Shown here: one piece after another, positions 1 to 12,203 of the stretch
Position numbering within the stretch: position 1 is the stretch's first letter
How the letters are laid out: each line of letters opens with the position of its first letter
DNA from: Dictyostelium discoideum
Lineage: Eukaryota
Length of the DNA stretch: 64,000 nucleotides
NCBI GenBank assembly: GCA_000004695.1
Contig: CM000150.2
Location: forward strand, 2,944,001 to 3,008,000
Direction: 5' to 3'
Program-made: the position numbers and the translations under genes
Notes under the pieces: model-generated
Told to the model about the DNA's origin: nothing
What the model saw: the letters and a program-made list of their open reading frames with translations, nothing else
The model's database searches: none

Positions 1-48
1 GAATAATATAATTAAAATTATAATAAAAAGGGTTTTAATTAATGTATA

Positions 49-83
<35 letters not shown>

Positions 84-146
84 ATTTATTTCTTTCTATT
101 TATTTATTTCTTTTTTTAATAAATGTTTTATTAAAACTAAAATTGA

Positions 147-177
<31 letters not shown>

Positions 178-303
178 ATTTGGATCAAATTGAATATTTC
201 CAGGTTTTAACCCAATTTTGTGAAAGTCTTGGAAGAAAAAAAAAAAAATATAAAAAAAAAAAAAAAATAATAATTTAAAAAAAAAAAAAACTAATTTTAG
301 AAT

Positions 304-1241
304 TTATTTTTTAGTCAAATTTACAGAGGGTCCCTTATTATCGATTGGTTGATTATCAATTGGAATTACAGAAGTGTTTGGATAATTGTAATAAGGTTGA
401 TTAGACATTTGTTGTTGTTGTTGTTGTTGTGGTTGTTGTTGTGGTGGTGGTAATGGTTGACCATTACCTAATTGTTGGCCTTGACCAGGATATAAATATT
501 GTTGTTGTTGTTGTTGTTGTTGTTGTGGATTAGTACCATTATTATTAGGTTGTGTAGAATAATAATAATTCATTGGAATATAATGAGAAGGTTGTTGAGT
601 TTGATTTGGACCATATGGGTCAGGATGTGGAACTGGTTGTTGAATATTTGCGCTATTTGGAATTGTCAATTCACACCAAATCTTTTGTCTAGTTCTATTC
701 TTTCTATTTCTAAAATCAACATATTTTAATGTCCAACCAATTCCATGTTCATTTGTATATTCAGTATGACATTTTTGGACTGCGTATGATAAATTTTTTA
801 AATACTAAATAAAAATTATTAATTAATAAATTATTTATTTATTTATTTATTTAATTATATATTTAAACCTCTTACCTTTGATTTAATAGTTGCCAAAGCA
901 ATTAAAATATAAATAAAAGAAATACCTAAAATAATTATACCAATATACCAATAAATTGGAGTGAAATCTGAATTTTTATGTCTTTTACTTTCACCAACAC
1001 CAAACATGATTGCTCCTACAACTACTGAAGGAATAAATGATACAATTTGACCAATATAGGTATATTTTGAAACGTTTTCTAAATATTTTATAGTTTTATG
1101 ATATTTTTCATTTGTTACATATGGTACTAGCTCAATTGGCATATCTCTTTGAAATCTTCTTTTCAAATATCCAATCCTTTTTGATTTTATTATAACTTGA
1201 TATGGTGATGATGTTGGATAAATAAATTTTTGTGGTTGCAT
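304..1241 (-). CDS. Hypothetical two-pass membrane protein with a Q/P/N-rich C-terminal tail. Two exons, join(1241..876, 804..304), about 288 aa.
   Basis: Exon 1 runs from the ATG at 1241 (MQPQKF...ATIKSK) and ends in phase 0 at a GTAAGA donor (plus-strand cttacc, 871-876). A 71-nt AT-rich intron ends at TTTAG (plus ctaaat, 805-810). Exon 2 (YLKNLSYAVQKCHTEYTNEHGIGWTLKYVDFRNRKNRTRQKIWCELTIPNS...) continues the frame into the 304..669 ORF. The M of that ORF is actually an internal TTG Leu. Two hydrophobic helices are present (VVGAIMFGVG and IYWYIGIIILGISFIYILIALATI), and the tail is Q/P-rich. Confidence 0.6.
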
Positions 1242-2560
1242 TTTATTATTATTTTATTTATTTATTTATTTTTATTTTTCTTATTTCTTTCTTTTTTTTT
1301 TTTTTTTTCTTTTATACAAGTTTTTTTTTTTTTTTTTTTTTTTTTTTTCTTTTATATATAAAGAGTTATTTATTAAAAAAAAAAAAAAAAAAGATAATAA
1401 TAAAAATAATAAATAAACTTTATATGGAGTATGTGAGTGTTAAAGAGTGATTATATAATTTTTTTACTTTATTTTTTTTTTTTTTTTCTATCTTTTTTTT
1501 CTATCTCTTTTTTTCTATTTTTTTTTTTTTTTTTTTTTTTTTATTATTTATATATATAGTTTTGAATAGTTAAAAAAAAAGATAATATGATGTATTTGGA
1601 TAATCATAAAATATTTATATATAATTAAATTTTGAAAAATTTTTTATAAAGTTTAATAAAAATAAAATAAATTAAATTAAATTAAAATTATGTGTGAGTG
1701 AGTGTGGGTGGGGTTAACTTAAGGGTGGTGTAATTTATTGGTTTATTATAATATGTGCACATATGTATTATTAATGAGTATTTGAAAAATTGTGCCTTTT
1801 AAATTTCTTATATTCATATAGGATGATGTGTAATATATTAAAATATATTATTTTTATTATTACTATTTTTTTTTTTTTTTTAAACTATTAGTGCATTTGT
1901 TTTTTTTTTTTTTTTTTTTTTTTTATTTAATTTTATTTTTTTTAATTTTTTTTTTGTATTTTTTTTTTTGCCAGATAGGTTTGCAAAAAAAAACAAAATT
2001 TCAAGAAAAACTTTTTTTTTATTTTTTGACATTTTAATTTTTTTTTTTTTTTATTTATTTTTATTTTTTTTTTTATCTTTATCAATATTTTTGGATGTTT
2101 TTTTTCCATATTTTCGAAATAAAGACTCTCGAATTTAGCATCAAAAAAAAAAAAAAAAAAAAAAAAAAATCAATGCAAAATCAAAATCTTAAATCTTCAA
2201 CCATATCATCATTACCTTCATCCAACTTTGAATTTTGGTTTCTTTGGTAATTTTGTAGTTGTTTTTGATTTTTTAGTTGGTTTTTTTTCTTGTTCTTCAT
2301 TGTATAATTCATTTGTTTTTTTGATTAAAAAAATTTATAATAAAATAAAAAAAAAAAAAAAAAAAAGTAATAAATATTTAATTTAAAATTTTAATTCTAA
2401 AATAAATAAAAAAAAAAACAATAAAATAAATTAATAAAATAAGAAATTAATAAAATTTAAATAAAAAAACAGTTATAAAAAATGAATGATAAATAATTGA
2501 ATTATAAAAATAATATTTTTGACTAAAAAAAAAAACTCAAATATAATTTTTAAATTTAAT

Positions 2561-3922
2561 TTATTTTTTATTTGAATTAACTTTAATTAAATAATTTTTT
2601 AAAACTAATAATAATTGATCAATTTCTTGTTTCGTAATTGTTAAAGGTGGACAAAAACGAATTACATCATCACCAGCATTAATGATTAAAATTTTTTGAG
2701 ATTTAGCATATGAAACCAAATCACTTACATTGTGATCCAATTGAATACCAACAAATAGACCACCAACTGTTCTAATTTCTAAAATTGAATTTGGGAATTG
2801 ATCTTTTAATTTCTTTAAACCATCAGTTAAATATTTACCTTTTTCTTGAACCTCTTTTAAGAAGGATGGTTGTGAAATACGTTCAAAAACATATTTACCA
2901 ACTTCACAAACCAATGGACCACCACCAAAGGTTGTACCATGATCACCTGGTTTAATTTCAGAGGCTACTTTATCGCTGACTAAAACTGCACCAATTGGTA
3001 AACCACCAGCCAAAGGTTTTGCCAATGTCATTATGTCAGGTTTACACTTTTCAGTATCGAATCTGGTATGAGCCCACAATTGACCTGTTCTACCAATACC
3101 ACATTGAACCTCATCGACAATTAACAAACAGTCATTCTCTTTACAAAGTTTATAAAGTTGTTGCATGAATTCCACGGTGGCAGCTTCGAGACCACCTTCA
3201 CCTTGAACCGGTTCAATGATAACGGCACAGGTTTTACTCTTTGACATTAACTTTTTTACACTTTCAATATCGTTATACTCTGCAAAGTGCACACCTGGAA
3301 CCAAGGGACCATAGATTTCTCTATACTTGGATTTGTGTGTGCAACTAAGTGAGCCCATGGAACGACCAGAGAAACCATGTGAAAATGCTATGATTTCGTG
3401 TTTGTCAACTCCACCCTTGGCAATACCAATCTTTTTTGCAAATTTCAATGCTGCTTCATTTGCTTCAGTACCAGAATTTGCAAAGAAAACCTTATCGAAT
3501 ATTGGTGTACTTGCAATCATTGATTGTGCTAATTCAATCGCTGGTTGATTATAGTAGAGATTTGAAAGATGAGTTAACTTTTTCGATTGATTTGCTACAA
3601 CTTCACTCCAACCATCATTACTATGACCTAATGCATTCACTGCTATACCTGCACCAAAATCTAAATATTTATCACCTTTCATATCATATAACCAACTATC
3701 CTTACCATGAGTGAATACAATATCACTAACACGTCCATAGGTATTCATTATAACATTATCATGTAATTTAATATAATCTGATGTACCATCTTTATTATCT
3801 CTATCTAATTTAACATTTGTAATACCTTCTTTAAAAATTGGTTTACTTGAATAATTTATTTGATAAATTGATTTATTAAAACAATTTTTAATTTTATTAA
3901 TTTTATTTAATTTATTAAACAT
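2561..3922 (-). CDS. argD: Acetylornithine aminotransferase (class III PLP-dependent aminotransferase), probably mitochondrial. Single exon, 453 aa.
   Basis: Uninterrupted ORF with class III aminotransferase hallmarks: FANSGTEANEAALKFAKK, the DEVQCGIGRTGQLWA PLP-lysine region, and TLAKPLAGGLPIGAV. The N-terminus is basic and presequence-like. Overall similarity matches ArgD/acetylornithine transaminases. Confidence 0.85.
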   Translation of the reverse strand: MFNKLNKINKIKNCFNKSIYQINYSSKPIFKEGITNVKLDRDNKDGTSDYIKLHDNVIMNTYGRVSDIVFTHGKDSWLYDMKGDKYLDFGAGIAVNALGHSNDGWSEVVANQSKKLTHLSNLYYNQPAIELAQSMIASTPIFDKVFFANSGTEANEAALKFAKKIGIAKGGVDKHEIIAFSHGFSGRSMGSLSCTHKSKYREIYGPLVPGVHFAEYNDIESVKKLMSKSKTCAVIIEPVQGEGGLEAATVEFMQQLYKLCKENDCLLIVDEVQCGIGRTGQLWAHTRFDTEKCKPDIMTLAKPLAGGLPIGAVLVSDKVASEIKPGDHGTTFGGGPLVCEVGKYVFERISQPSFLKEVQEKGKYLTDGLKKLKDQFPNSILEIRTVGGLFVGIQLDHNVSDLVSYAKSQKILIINAGDDVIRFCPPLTITKQEIDQLLLVLKNYLIKVNSNKK

Positions 3923-4284
3923 TATTTAATTAATTAATAATTATTCTTTATTATTATATATATATTTGTTTAAAAAAAAAAAAAAAAAAAAATGAAAATA
4001 ATTTTTTTAAAAAAAAAAAAAAAAATTTCTTTCTAAAAAGTATGTATTAGGAGTGTTCACAAAAAAAATAAAAAAATAAAAAAATAAAAAAAAATAAAAA
4101 AAATAAAAATAAATAAAATTTAAAATAAAAAAAGATTTTCCAAAATAAAAAAAAAAAAAAAAAAAAAAAAAATCTTTGAAAACATCAATATTTTTATTTG
4201 TTTATTTTATTTTATTTTATTTTATTTTATTTTATTGCCAACAAATACATTGTTTTTTTTTTATTTATTTTTTATTTGTAAAAT

Positions 4285-6264
4285 TTAAATATCAATTGAA
4301 TCTAATTCAATTTCCATTTTATTATTATTATCATTATTATTGTTATTGGTAATTATTGTATTATCAGGTTGTGATAAATTTTTACTATTAAAATCATCAC
4401 CATAATTTTTTCTTGTACTATTATTATTATTACAAACACCACTATTACTACTACTACTACTACTTTTTATACCAGATGTATCACCACCACCACCACGAGT
4501 TGATGATGAAACAGTTGTGATTGATATTTTACTTTTAATTTTAGTAACAAAGAATGATTCAGTCCAAGCGTTTCTAGCAATTTCAGAAGTACCAAAAATT
4601 CCAAAAAATAAAATTCCAAAGAATCTAATTAAAAAGTAAAACATAAAGTAAGAATTAAAATTTGGACCAACTGTATAACATTCATCTAATGGATTTTCAC
4701 TAGTTAATAAACATAAAATATAATCTTCAACACCTTTTTTATAAAAATCATATTTTGATTCAGAATCAAAATAAAATACAAATAAGTAAATTAAAGATGC
4801 TGAAACTGTAACTACTAATACAAATGGTTTAAGTTCTCTAATTACAACTTTACTATCTTTTAATGATACATTTTTAGATATCTAAAATAAATGAAAAAAA
4901 TTAGTTTGTTAGTTATATATTTTATTATTTTTTTTTTTTATTTTTTTTTTACTTACTTTATAAATTTCAAAAATTACACCACAAATACTTAAAACACCTA
5001 ATAAAAGTGCAATACCACATGGTATCCAAAAGATTGCAACAACATACCATCTATCTCTCATCCAACATTCTAAGAAACCATTTCCACCTTGAAATTTTTT
5101 AGCTGATGCTAAAATTATTAAAGTTACTACAGTGAATGATAAATTACCAATCAAAAAATAACGAAAATTTGGTAATTTAAATTGCTTAATTTTTGAATAT
5201 AAAACAATTCCCATCGTCATTGACCAAAGAACACATAATGTTATACCAATATGAAAGATTGATCCTGTGAATCCACATAGTGAATCAACACGTTGTGTGG
5301 CAACTCTACCTGGTTCTGGACATAACTGTTTTTCAATTCCGACACCATAATTAATAATATCACTTAAATAGATAAACGAGCTTCCAATTGCCATTAATGC
5401 AATGCATACATTGTATTTTGATTTTTTTTTAATTAAGAGCCCAAATGTAATAACATTGAAAAGTGATAACACAAAACTTATTGATGACATTGCTTTTGAC
5501 ATATTAATAACACTATCCATTTGACGTTTTGTGTAATTTGGTATTGGACATGGCAATACACAATTGGTGGGCGTCAAATATGTGTAGCCCCTTTTCTCTG
5601 CATATTGGGGATCTGTGGAATTTTTCAATAGTAATGGGTACGGACATGATTCTAAAAATCCAACATTCTCTTGCACCTTATTCTTTTCATAATTTATTTC
5701 TGTGTCTATACATGGCACCATATACATACCGCCATTGGCAGTGTACCCATATTTAGTTAAATTATAGAAAGTTCCAATTTTTGGGAACAAAAAACTAATA
5801 GAACAGTCAATTTGTATAGCAAGTTGAGGACACCCAATTAACATTCTTTCACAAACTGATTTACACACTCTTTGTGGTAACGATATATTATAACCTGGTG
5901 TTATTTTTGGTGTTGTTTCAATACATGGTGATAATGCTGAATCACACATTCCAAATTCTATAAAATTTAAATCTTTACAAATTCCTTGTGAAAATGTTAA
6001 AGATTGAAACCCTTTTTGTAAAATTGGTAATGTTGAAATTTGTGATAATTTATCAATACCACCACCACCACCACCACCTGGTGTCGTATAAATACTTTCA
6101 CTATTAGATAATCTATTCTTACATAATTCATCACCTATATATGATGTACAAATTGAACTTTCGTCAACAATTCCAAATCCATAATCATTTAAACTATTTT
6201 GACAATTTACTAATATTAATATTAATTTTAAAAATATTAAATAAAATTTAAATTTATTAATCAT
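4285..6264 (-). CDS. Frizzled/smoothened-like (Fsl family) seven-pass receptor with an N-terminal cysteine-rich domain. join(6264..4957, 4881..4285), about 634 aa.
   Basis: Signal peptide (MINKFKFYLIFLKLILILVNC), then a Cys-rich frizzled-type CRD, then 7 predicted TM helices with the ECWMRDRWY motif. Exon 1 ends at ...EIYK|GTAAGT (plus acttac, 4951-4956). A 75-nt intron ends at TTTTAG (plus 4882-4887). Exon 2 (ISKNVSLKDSKVV...) runs in frame into the 4285..4644 ORF. Confidence 0.7.
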
Positions 6265-6364
6265 TTTTTATTTTTTATTTTTAAAAAATTTTAATAATAA
6301 AAATAAATAAATAATAGATTTATTAATTTTTTTTTCTTGTACTAGCAGGAAAATATTTGTATTC

Positions 6365-6366
<2 letters not shown>

Positions 6367-6411
<45 letters not shown>
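6367..6411. repeat. Poly(A) homopolymer of about 45 nt in the divergent fsl/ANKZF1 promoter region.
   Basis: Uninterrupted A run. Confidence 0.9.
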
Positions 6412-6414
<3 letters not shown>

Positions 6415-6992
6415 AAAAAAAAAAAATAATTAAAAAAAAAAAACCATTAAACCTTTAATTCGTACGATTAATCAAATACCAAGTTTTTTTTTTTTTTTTT
6501 TTTTTTCACAAGATTATGAATAAATCATCCATTATTATAAAGAGTAGCCATTGCAAGCCATAAAAAAGTGGAAAAAAAAAAAAATTTTTAAAATTAATAA
6601 AATCTTCTGAAAATTCCCAATTACTGGAAAATACTCTGCCCAATAATTTGTTTTTTTTTTTTTTTTTTTAAATTGAAATTAGTCTATTATCTGAGATTAA
6701 TATAAAGAATAATAATTGGAGGAGGGAAAAAAAAAAAAAAAACAAATAATTGGCACTTAAAATGAAGATATGATTGGTGACAAATCTAAAAGATAAAAGA
6801 AGAAAAAAAATTAAAATTAAAATTATTTGCTAATCCTTAACCAAAATAAAAAAAAAAAAAAAAAAAAAAAAATGGATTAGATTCGTAATTTTATATTCAT
6901 TTTAGCAAAAAAAAATCATTCTCAAAAACTTTACTGATTTTTTCTTAATTTTTTATTTTTTTTTTTTTTTCTTTATTTTTTTTTTTTTTTTT

Positions 6993-7027
<35 letters not shown>

Positions 7028-7186
7028 CATTTTCATCATTAATTAAACCAAATATTAATTTTCATTATTTTAATTTTAATTTTAATTTTTTTTTTTTTTT
7101 TTTTTTTACAATAACTGCAATTAATTTAACATTAGAAAAATAATAAAAATAATAAAAATTAAAAAATAAAAAATAAAAAATAAAAA

Positions 7187-9550
7187 ATGAAAAGAGTACC
7201 AATATTTAAATTATCAACATCAACTTTATTTCAACAAGATCATAAATTAGAGGTATTAACACATGGTTTAACATCAACACCAACTATTGTTAGTAGTAAT
7301 AATAATTTAACCTCACCAAATGGTAGTGATAATATAACAACTACCACCACCACTACAACAACAGATACATTACAATTACCACCAATATCATCATTATCAA
7401 TATCACCACCAACTACACCAAATAAAGTTAATAATAATAATAATAGTTTAACAGAAATACCATTATCATCATCACCAGGTGGTAGTTTAACATTTGATCA
7501 CTTTTGTAATACATGTTTATTAAGATTCACAGATAAAGAATTAAGAAATGTTCATTATAGATCAGGATTACATAGATATAATTTAAATTTACGTTTATCA
7601 CATTTACAACCAGTGACAGAGGAAGATTATAATGTATTAATTGAAAATGTTAAAAGATCATCAGAAGATAGTAGTAGTAGTGATGATAATTCAAGTGGTA
7701 GTGAAAAAGAGAATAATAATAATAACGATAGTGATAGTGATAGTAATTATGTATCAACTGATGAATCATCATCATCGTCAGATGAAGAATACTTATTAAG
7801 AAAAAGTAAATTATCAGAGAACCAAGATGTTTATGATGAAGAATATTATTATAAAACTCAAGGTTATCAATTTTTAGATTCATCAGTTGAAATGAATGAT
7901 CCAAAATTAAAGATAATTCAAAAGGATTTAAAATTACAATTATCAGTTTGGAAATGTTTATTAGGACCAACTACAATGTTTAAACAATTGTCATTACTTC
8001 CAGAGGGTTCAGATCAACAAAAACAATTATTGTCCACTATAATTGGCAATTTCAAACAGTATGTCTTGTCAAAGGATTTGAAATGGGTTGTACTACTTTG
8101 CTCGGGTGGTAGATTCGCAGGTGCCGTTTATTCAGGTGGTAAATGTATTGATCATAAGACTTTTCATCGTTACACTATGAGAAAGAAGCAAGGTGGTTCT
8201 CAATCTAAAAAAGACAGTGAAGGCGGTAATAAGAAATCCGCTGGTGCCGGTATACGTAGATACAATGAAAAACGTTTAAAAGAAGAGGTTGCTCAACTTT
8301 TGTCAACTTGGAAAGACGAAAATCACTTCAAACAATGTTCACACATTTTCGTATTCGCACCAAAAGGAAACACTCGTGATATCCTCTTCCCACCTGGCAG
8401 TTTCCTCTCACCAGATGATGAAAGAATAAGAGTTATCCCATTCCCAATCATTAGACCAACTTTCTCTGAAGCTCAAAGAGTTTCAACTTGGATTAGTTCA
8501 GTTGATATAGAATTATTTGATGAGGAGAAATTGGAATTGGAAAGAAAAGAACAAGAAAGAAAACTTAAAGAAAGACAAGATAAATTCGATCATGAACAAC
8601 GTTTAAAAGAAAAAGAAAAAAGAAGAAAAGAATTTGAATTACAACAACAACAATCTGTCGAAGATGATAAAGAAGATGAAGATGATCAAGATGAAAAACC
8701 AAATCAATTATTTTTAGCAATTAAAGAAAAAGATTTTGAAAAAGTTAAATATTTATTAGAAAAGGATGATAATTTTGAAATTCCATTACCATTTGAAGAG
8801 GAATCCACCACCACCACCTCGAGTAATAAGAGAAAACAAAATTTAAATTCACCAATATTTATAGCGGTTGAAAATGGTGATGTTAAAATGACATCTTATT
8901 TATTGAAACAATTATCAAATGATGATATTAATCAATTGAATCCACGTTGGGATTTCATTACACCATTACACAAAGCTGCAATCGATGGTAATTGTGATAT
9001 GATAGAATTGTTATTAAACAATGGTGCCGATCCAACATTATCAGGTGGTTTACGTTCTGATGTACCTTATGACTGTTCATCAAATCAAAAAACAAGAGAC
9101 ACATTTAGGGAATGGGCTGGTGACCATTTGACAACTTCGAAATGGGATTTCTCAAAAGCTCATATCGTGCCTCTAACTAAACAAATGAAACAAGAGAAAG
9201 AGGAAAAGATAAAACAAAAAAGAAAACAACAAAGAGAGAAAGACAAAATTAAAAAACAAAATGAAAAGGAATTACAACAACAACAGAAATTAGATGAATC
9301 TCAAAAACAACAAAAATTAGATGACCTAAATTTAGTCAATCAATTGGAACGTTCAAAACTTTCAAAAGAATCACAATTATCTCAAAGAGAGAAGCAAGCT
9401 CTAGCTGCTGAACGAAGGTATGGTGGAGTTACTTCCATTATTTGTGACAATTGTAAAAATTCTATACCTGGTACACCTTTTGAAAGATTGGTTTTTAAAT
9501 ATTGTTCAACTCAGTGTGTTTTATTACATAAAAAAACTTTAACAAAATAA
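7187..9550 (+). CDS. ANKZF1/Vms1 homolog: N-terminal C2H2 zinc finger, VLRF1 (release-factor-like) domain with a GSQ motif, ankyrin repeats, and a C-terminal coiled coil. 787 aa.
   Basis: Single ORF. Zinc finger: FCNTCLLRFTDKELRNVHYRSGLHRYN. VLRF1 core: WVVLLCSGGRFAGAVYSGGKCIDHKTFHRYTMRKKQGGSQSKKD. Ankyrin repeats: LFLAIKEKDFEKVKYLLEKDD..., PIFIAVENGDVKMTSYLLKQ, TPLHKAAIDGNCDMIELLLNNGADPTL. A K/E-rich coiled coil follows. Confidence 0.8.
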   Translation: MKRVPIFKLSTSTLFQQDHKLEVLTHGLTSTPTIVSSNNNLTSPNGSDNITTTTTTTTTDTLQLPPISSLSISPPTTPNKVNNNNNSLTEIPLSSSPGGSLTFDHFCNTCLLRFTDKELRNVHYRSGLHRYNLNLRLSHLQPVTEEDYNVLIENVKRSSEDSSSSDDNSSGSEKENNNNNDSDSDSNYVSTDESSSSSDEEYLLRKSKLSENQDVYDEEYYYKTQGYQFLDSSVEMNDPKLKIIQKDLKLQLSVWKCLLGPTTMFKQLSLLPEGSDQQKQLLSTIIGNFKQYVLSKDLKWVVLLCSGGRFAGAVYSGGKCIDHKTFHRYTMRKKQGGSQSKKDSEGGNKKSAGAGIRRYNEKRLKEEVAQLLSTWKDENHFKQCSHIFVFAPKGNTRDILFPPGSFLSPDDERIRVIPFPIIRPTFSEAQRVSTWISSVDIELFDEEKLELERKEQERKLKERQDKFDHEQRLKEKEKRRKEFELQQQQSVEDDKEDEDDQDEKPNQLFLAIKEKDFEKVKYLLEKDDNFEIPLPFEEESTTTTSSNKRKQNLNSPIFIAVENGDVKMTSYLLKQLSNDDINQLNPRWDFITPLHKAAIDGNCDMIELLLNNGADPTLSGGLRSDVPYDCSSNQKTRDTFREWAGDHLTTSKWDFSKAHIVPLTKQMKQEKEEKIKQKRKQQREKDKIKKQNEKELQQQQKLDESQKQQKLDDLNLVNQLERSKLSKESQLSQREKQALAAERRYGGVTSIICDNCKNSIPGTPFERLVFKYCSTQCVLLHKKTLTK

Positions 9551-10279
9551 ATTTTTAATTATCTTTTTTTTTTTTTTTTTTTTTTTTTCCTCTAATCTAA
9601 TAATCAACATCATTTTCCCATCCATTTTTATTTTTATTTTAATTTTAATTTTAATTTTAATTTTTATTTTTATTATTATTATTTATTATTCTCTTGGGAC
9701 TTTCCAATATTTTCATTAAATACAATTTTAGTAAAAAATGGATAACGCTTCCAAATATTAACAATTCCTCTTGAATTTTACCTATAAACTTTACATTTAT
9801 TTAATTATTTATTTAATAACAAAAAAAAAAAAAAGGTTAATAATTATTTTATTATTATTTTTTATTTTTTTATTTTTTTGTTTTTTAAAAAATTATATTA
9901 CCAATAACACCATTATTTTTATTTTTTTTATTATTTTTGGTTTTTTTTAAGAGGGTAGTAAGATATAAAAAATTAAGCACTAATGTGGTGAAAAGTAATT
10001 TCATGTGGAGCTGGTTGGTTGGTAATCTATTTTTTAATTTTCTAACCCAAAAAGGAAGAAAGAAAGGTATAAAAGAATGTTTTAAATTTAGAAACCAAAA
10101 AAGTTTCAATATAAATACAAAAAAAAAAAAAAAAAAAAAAGTTTTTTCATTCACTCATTCATTCATTTAAAAAATAAATAAATAAAAAAAAAAACAAATA
10201 AATAAAATTATTTTTCAACTCAAACAATTAATATTAATAATATTAATAATAAAAATAATAATAAAACTAAATAAATAAA

Positions 10280-10993
10280 ATGTCATTATGTAATAGATCA
10301 AATTTAGAAGCAATTGTTAAAGGTATTCAAACCAATAAAATATTAGAAGTATTTGATAAATATTATCATGATGAAATTGTAATGTATGAAAATGGTGATT
10401 CAACAAATCGTGTTGGTAAAGCTGCAAATCGTATAGCTGAAGAATCTTTTGTAAATAATTCAATTATTCATGAAGCAAGATTAATAAAGTTAATCGCTGA
10501 TGGTGACAATACAGCATATGAAATGTTCATGGATTTCACAAATAGTGGACACCGTATCAAAGAAAATCAATGGGCATTCCAACATTGGTCAAATGGTTTA
10601 GTCATTAAAGAAGAGTTTGTCAAAATTAAAACACCACCAACACCAGAACCAACAAATAATATAAAATCAAATTTAGAAGCAATTATTGAAGGTACTCGAG
10701 ATAATAGAATATTAGAAGTATTCGATAAATATTATCATCCAGATGTAATTATGTATGAAAAAGGTGATCCAACTAATCGTGTTGGTAAAGCTGCTAATCG
10801 TAAAGCTAAAGAATCTTTTGTAAAAAAAGGAAGAATCAATGAAGCAAAAGTATTACAATTAATAATTGATGGTAATGATACAGCATATCAAATGTATATT
10901 GATTTTACATATTGCGGAAATCGTATTCAAAAGACTCAATGGGCTGTTCAACAATGGTCAAATGGTTTAGTTATCAAGGAAGAGTTTTATTAA
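10280..10993 (+). CDS. Protein with two NTF2-like/SnoaL-like domains in tandem. Copy 1 of a five-gene tandem array and the most divergent copy. 237 aa.
   Basis: Two internal repeats of about 115 aa with the pattern NLEA.I.G....ILEVFDKYYH.DV.MYE.GD.TNRVGK.ANR.AE..F...........IDG..TAY.MY.DFT..G.RI...QWA.Q.WSNGL.IKEEF. This matches SnoaL/NTF2-like folds (DDVV.H...G, and a C-terminal W..NGLI.E.F). The two domains are joined by a KTPPTPEPTNN linker. Confidence 0.7.
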   Translation: MSLCNRSNLEAIVKGIQTNKILEVFDKYYHDEIVMYENGDSTNRVGKAANRIAEESFVNNSIIHEARLIKLIADGDNTAYEMFMDFTNSGHRIKENQWAFQHWSNGLVIKEEFVKIKTPPTPEPTNNIKSNLEAIIEGTRDNRILEVFDKYYHPDVIMYEKGDPTNRVGKAANRKAKESFVKKGRINEAKVLQLIIDGNDTAYQMYIDFTYCGNRIQKTQWAVQQWSNGLVIKEEFY

Positions 10994-11283
10994 ACATTTT
11001 TTTAAAAAATGTTCACAACCCTAAAAATAAAGAATATACATATTTTTTATCAACTTATTTAAATATATTTTTAATTATTAATTTCATTGATTTTATATTT
11101 ATGATTTAATTATTTATCATTCATTTTTTGTAATTCTTTTTTATTCTGAGTAAGAACAAGAGGAATATATTTTATATAAAAGAGATTTAAAAAAAAAAAA
11201 AAAAAAATAAAACAAAAAAAAATTTTTTTATAAAAAAATCTAATAAAAATTAAAAAAAAGAATTTTATTTTTATATTTAAAGA

Positions 11284-12203
11284 ATGCCCAAAACTTCAAA
11301 TTGGTCTCCAGCTGAAGATAATTATATTAAAAGCGAATTATTAAAAAAACCTTCTTTGGTTGCCGACGATATTCTCAATAATTTAAATATTAATTTCCAA
11401 CAAAAAAGAACCAAAACTGCGTTAACCCAAAGGATAAAGAAAATTTCATCAGATTTAAAAAGTCACACAATCACCGTTCAAGTCCCTTCTGCATCTACTG
11501 CACAGACAATACCAACAATAACACCACCACAACCACAATTACCAAACCCAAATGACAATGAGGAAGAATATTCAGATCCATCAGAATCGGAGTCAGATGA
11601 AGATTCAAAATCCAACTCTAGCCTCAAAAGAAAGTCACCACTAAAGAAACAAAAACTACATGATTTGAGTAAAGCTTACCAAGGTAAACTATTATTATTA
11701 TTATTATTATTTTTAATTAATTAATTAAATTCTCTCTTTTTTTATTTATAAACAAAACTATAGAACCAACTGAACATCTTCATACTCCATTGGAATTCTT
11801 CGGCACTCAGAGATTAAAATTAAATGATCCCATCATTTTACCATTAGAAGATGGATCGTTTAAACTTGTTTTTGGTTATCCACCTTTTGATATTGAAATA
11901 ATTGAGGTTAAATATTTGGGTGATGGTAGAATTGGAATAAGATACCATGTCTTATTACCATCAAGAGAAGATCTAGAAACAATAGTTGGTTATGATTATT
12001 CATCCAGATGGTATATTAAATATGATTGTCTACCACTCAAAACCACAAGCTTTCACTTTCTTCATCACTCTGCCTCTACAAAAGAACAAGAAAAATATCA
12101 AAGTTGTAAAATCGATATTGAAAAAGATATAAAATATTTTTCAATAACAGTTACTCCAAAAGCAGTTGAGAAAATAGATTTAGATGAATGGATTGACTCC
12201 TAA
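11284..12203 (+). CDS. Hypothetical protein. Two exons, join(11284..11683, 11764..12203), about 280 aa.
   Basis: Exon 1 (MPKTSNWSPAEDNYIKSE...SKAYQ) ends in phase 1 at G|GTAAAC (11684). An 80-nt intron ends at CTATAG (11763). Exon 2 restores the frame: (E)PTEHLHTPLEFFGTQRLKLNDPIILPLEDGSFKLVFGYPPFDIEI...DEWIDS*. The N-terminus has a Myb/SANT-like W..ED pattern, and the middle is an acidic, Ser-rich stretch. Confidence 0.55.

Noticed and set aside
1232-1450. 72-aa poly-Phe/poly-Lys ORF, and similar homopolymer ORFs at 9885-10170, 12151-12411, 15472-15780, 24644-24953, 49372-49748, 50489-50686 and 57395-57685
   Set aside because: Translations of A/T homopolymer intergenic DNA. They have no coding signal.
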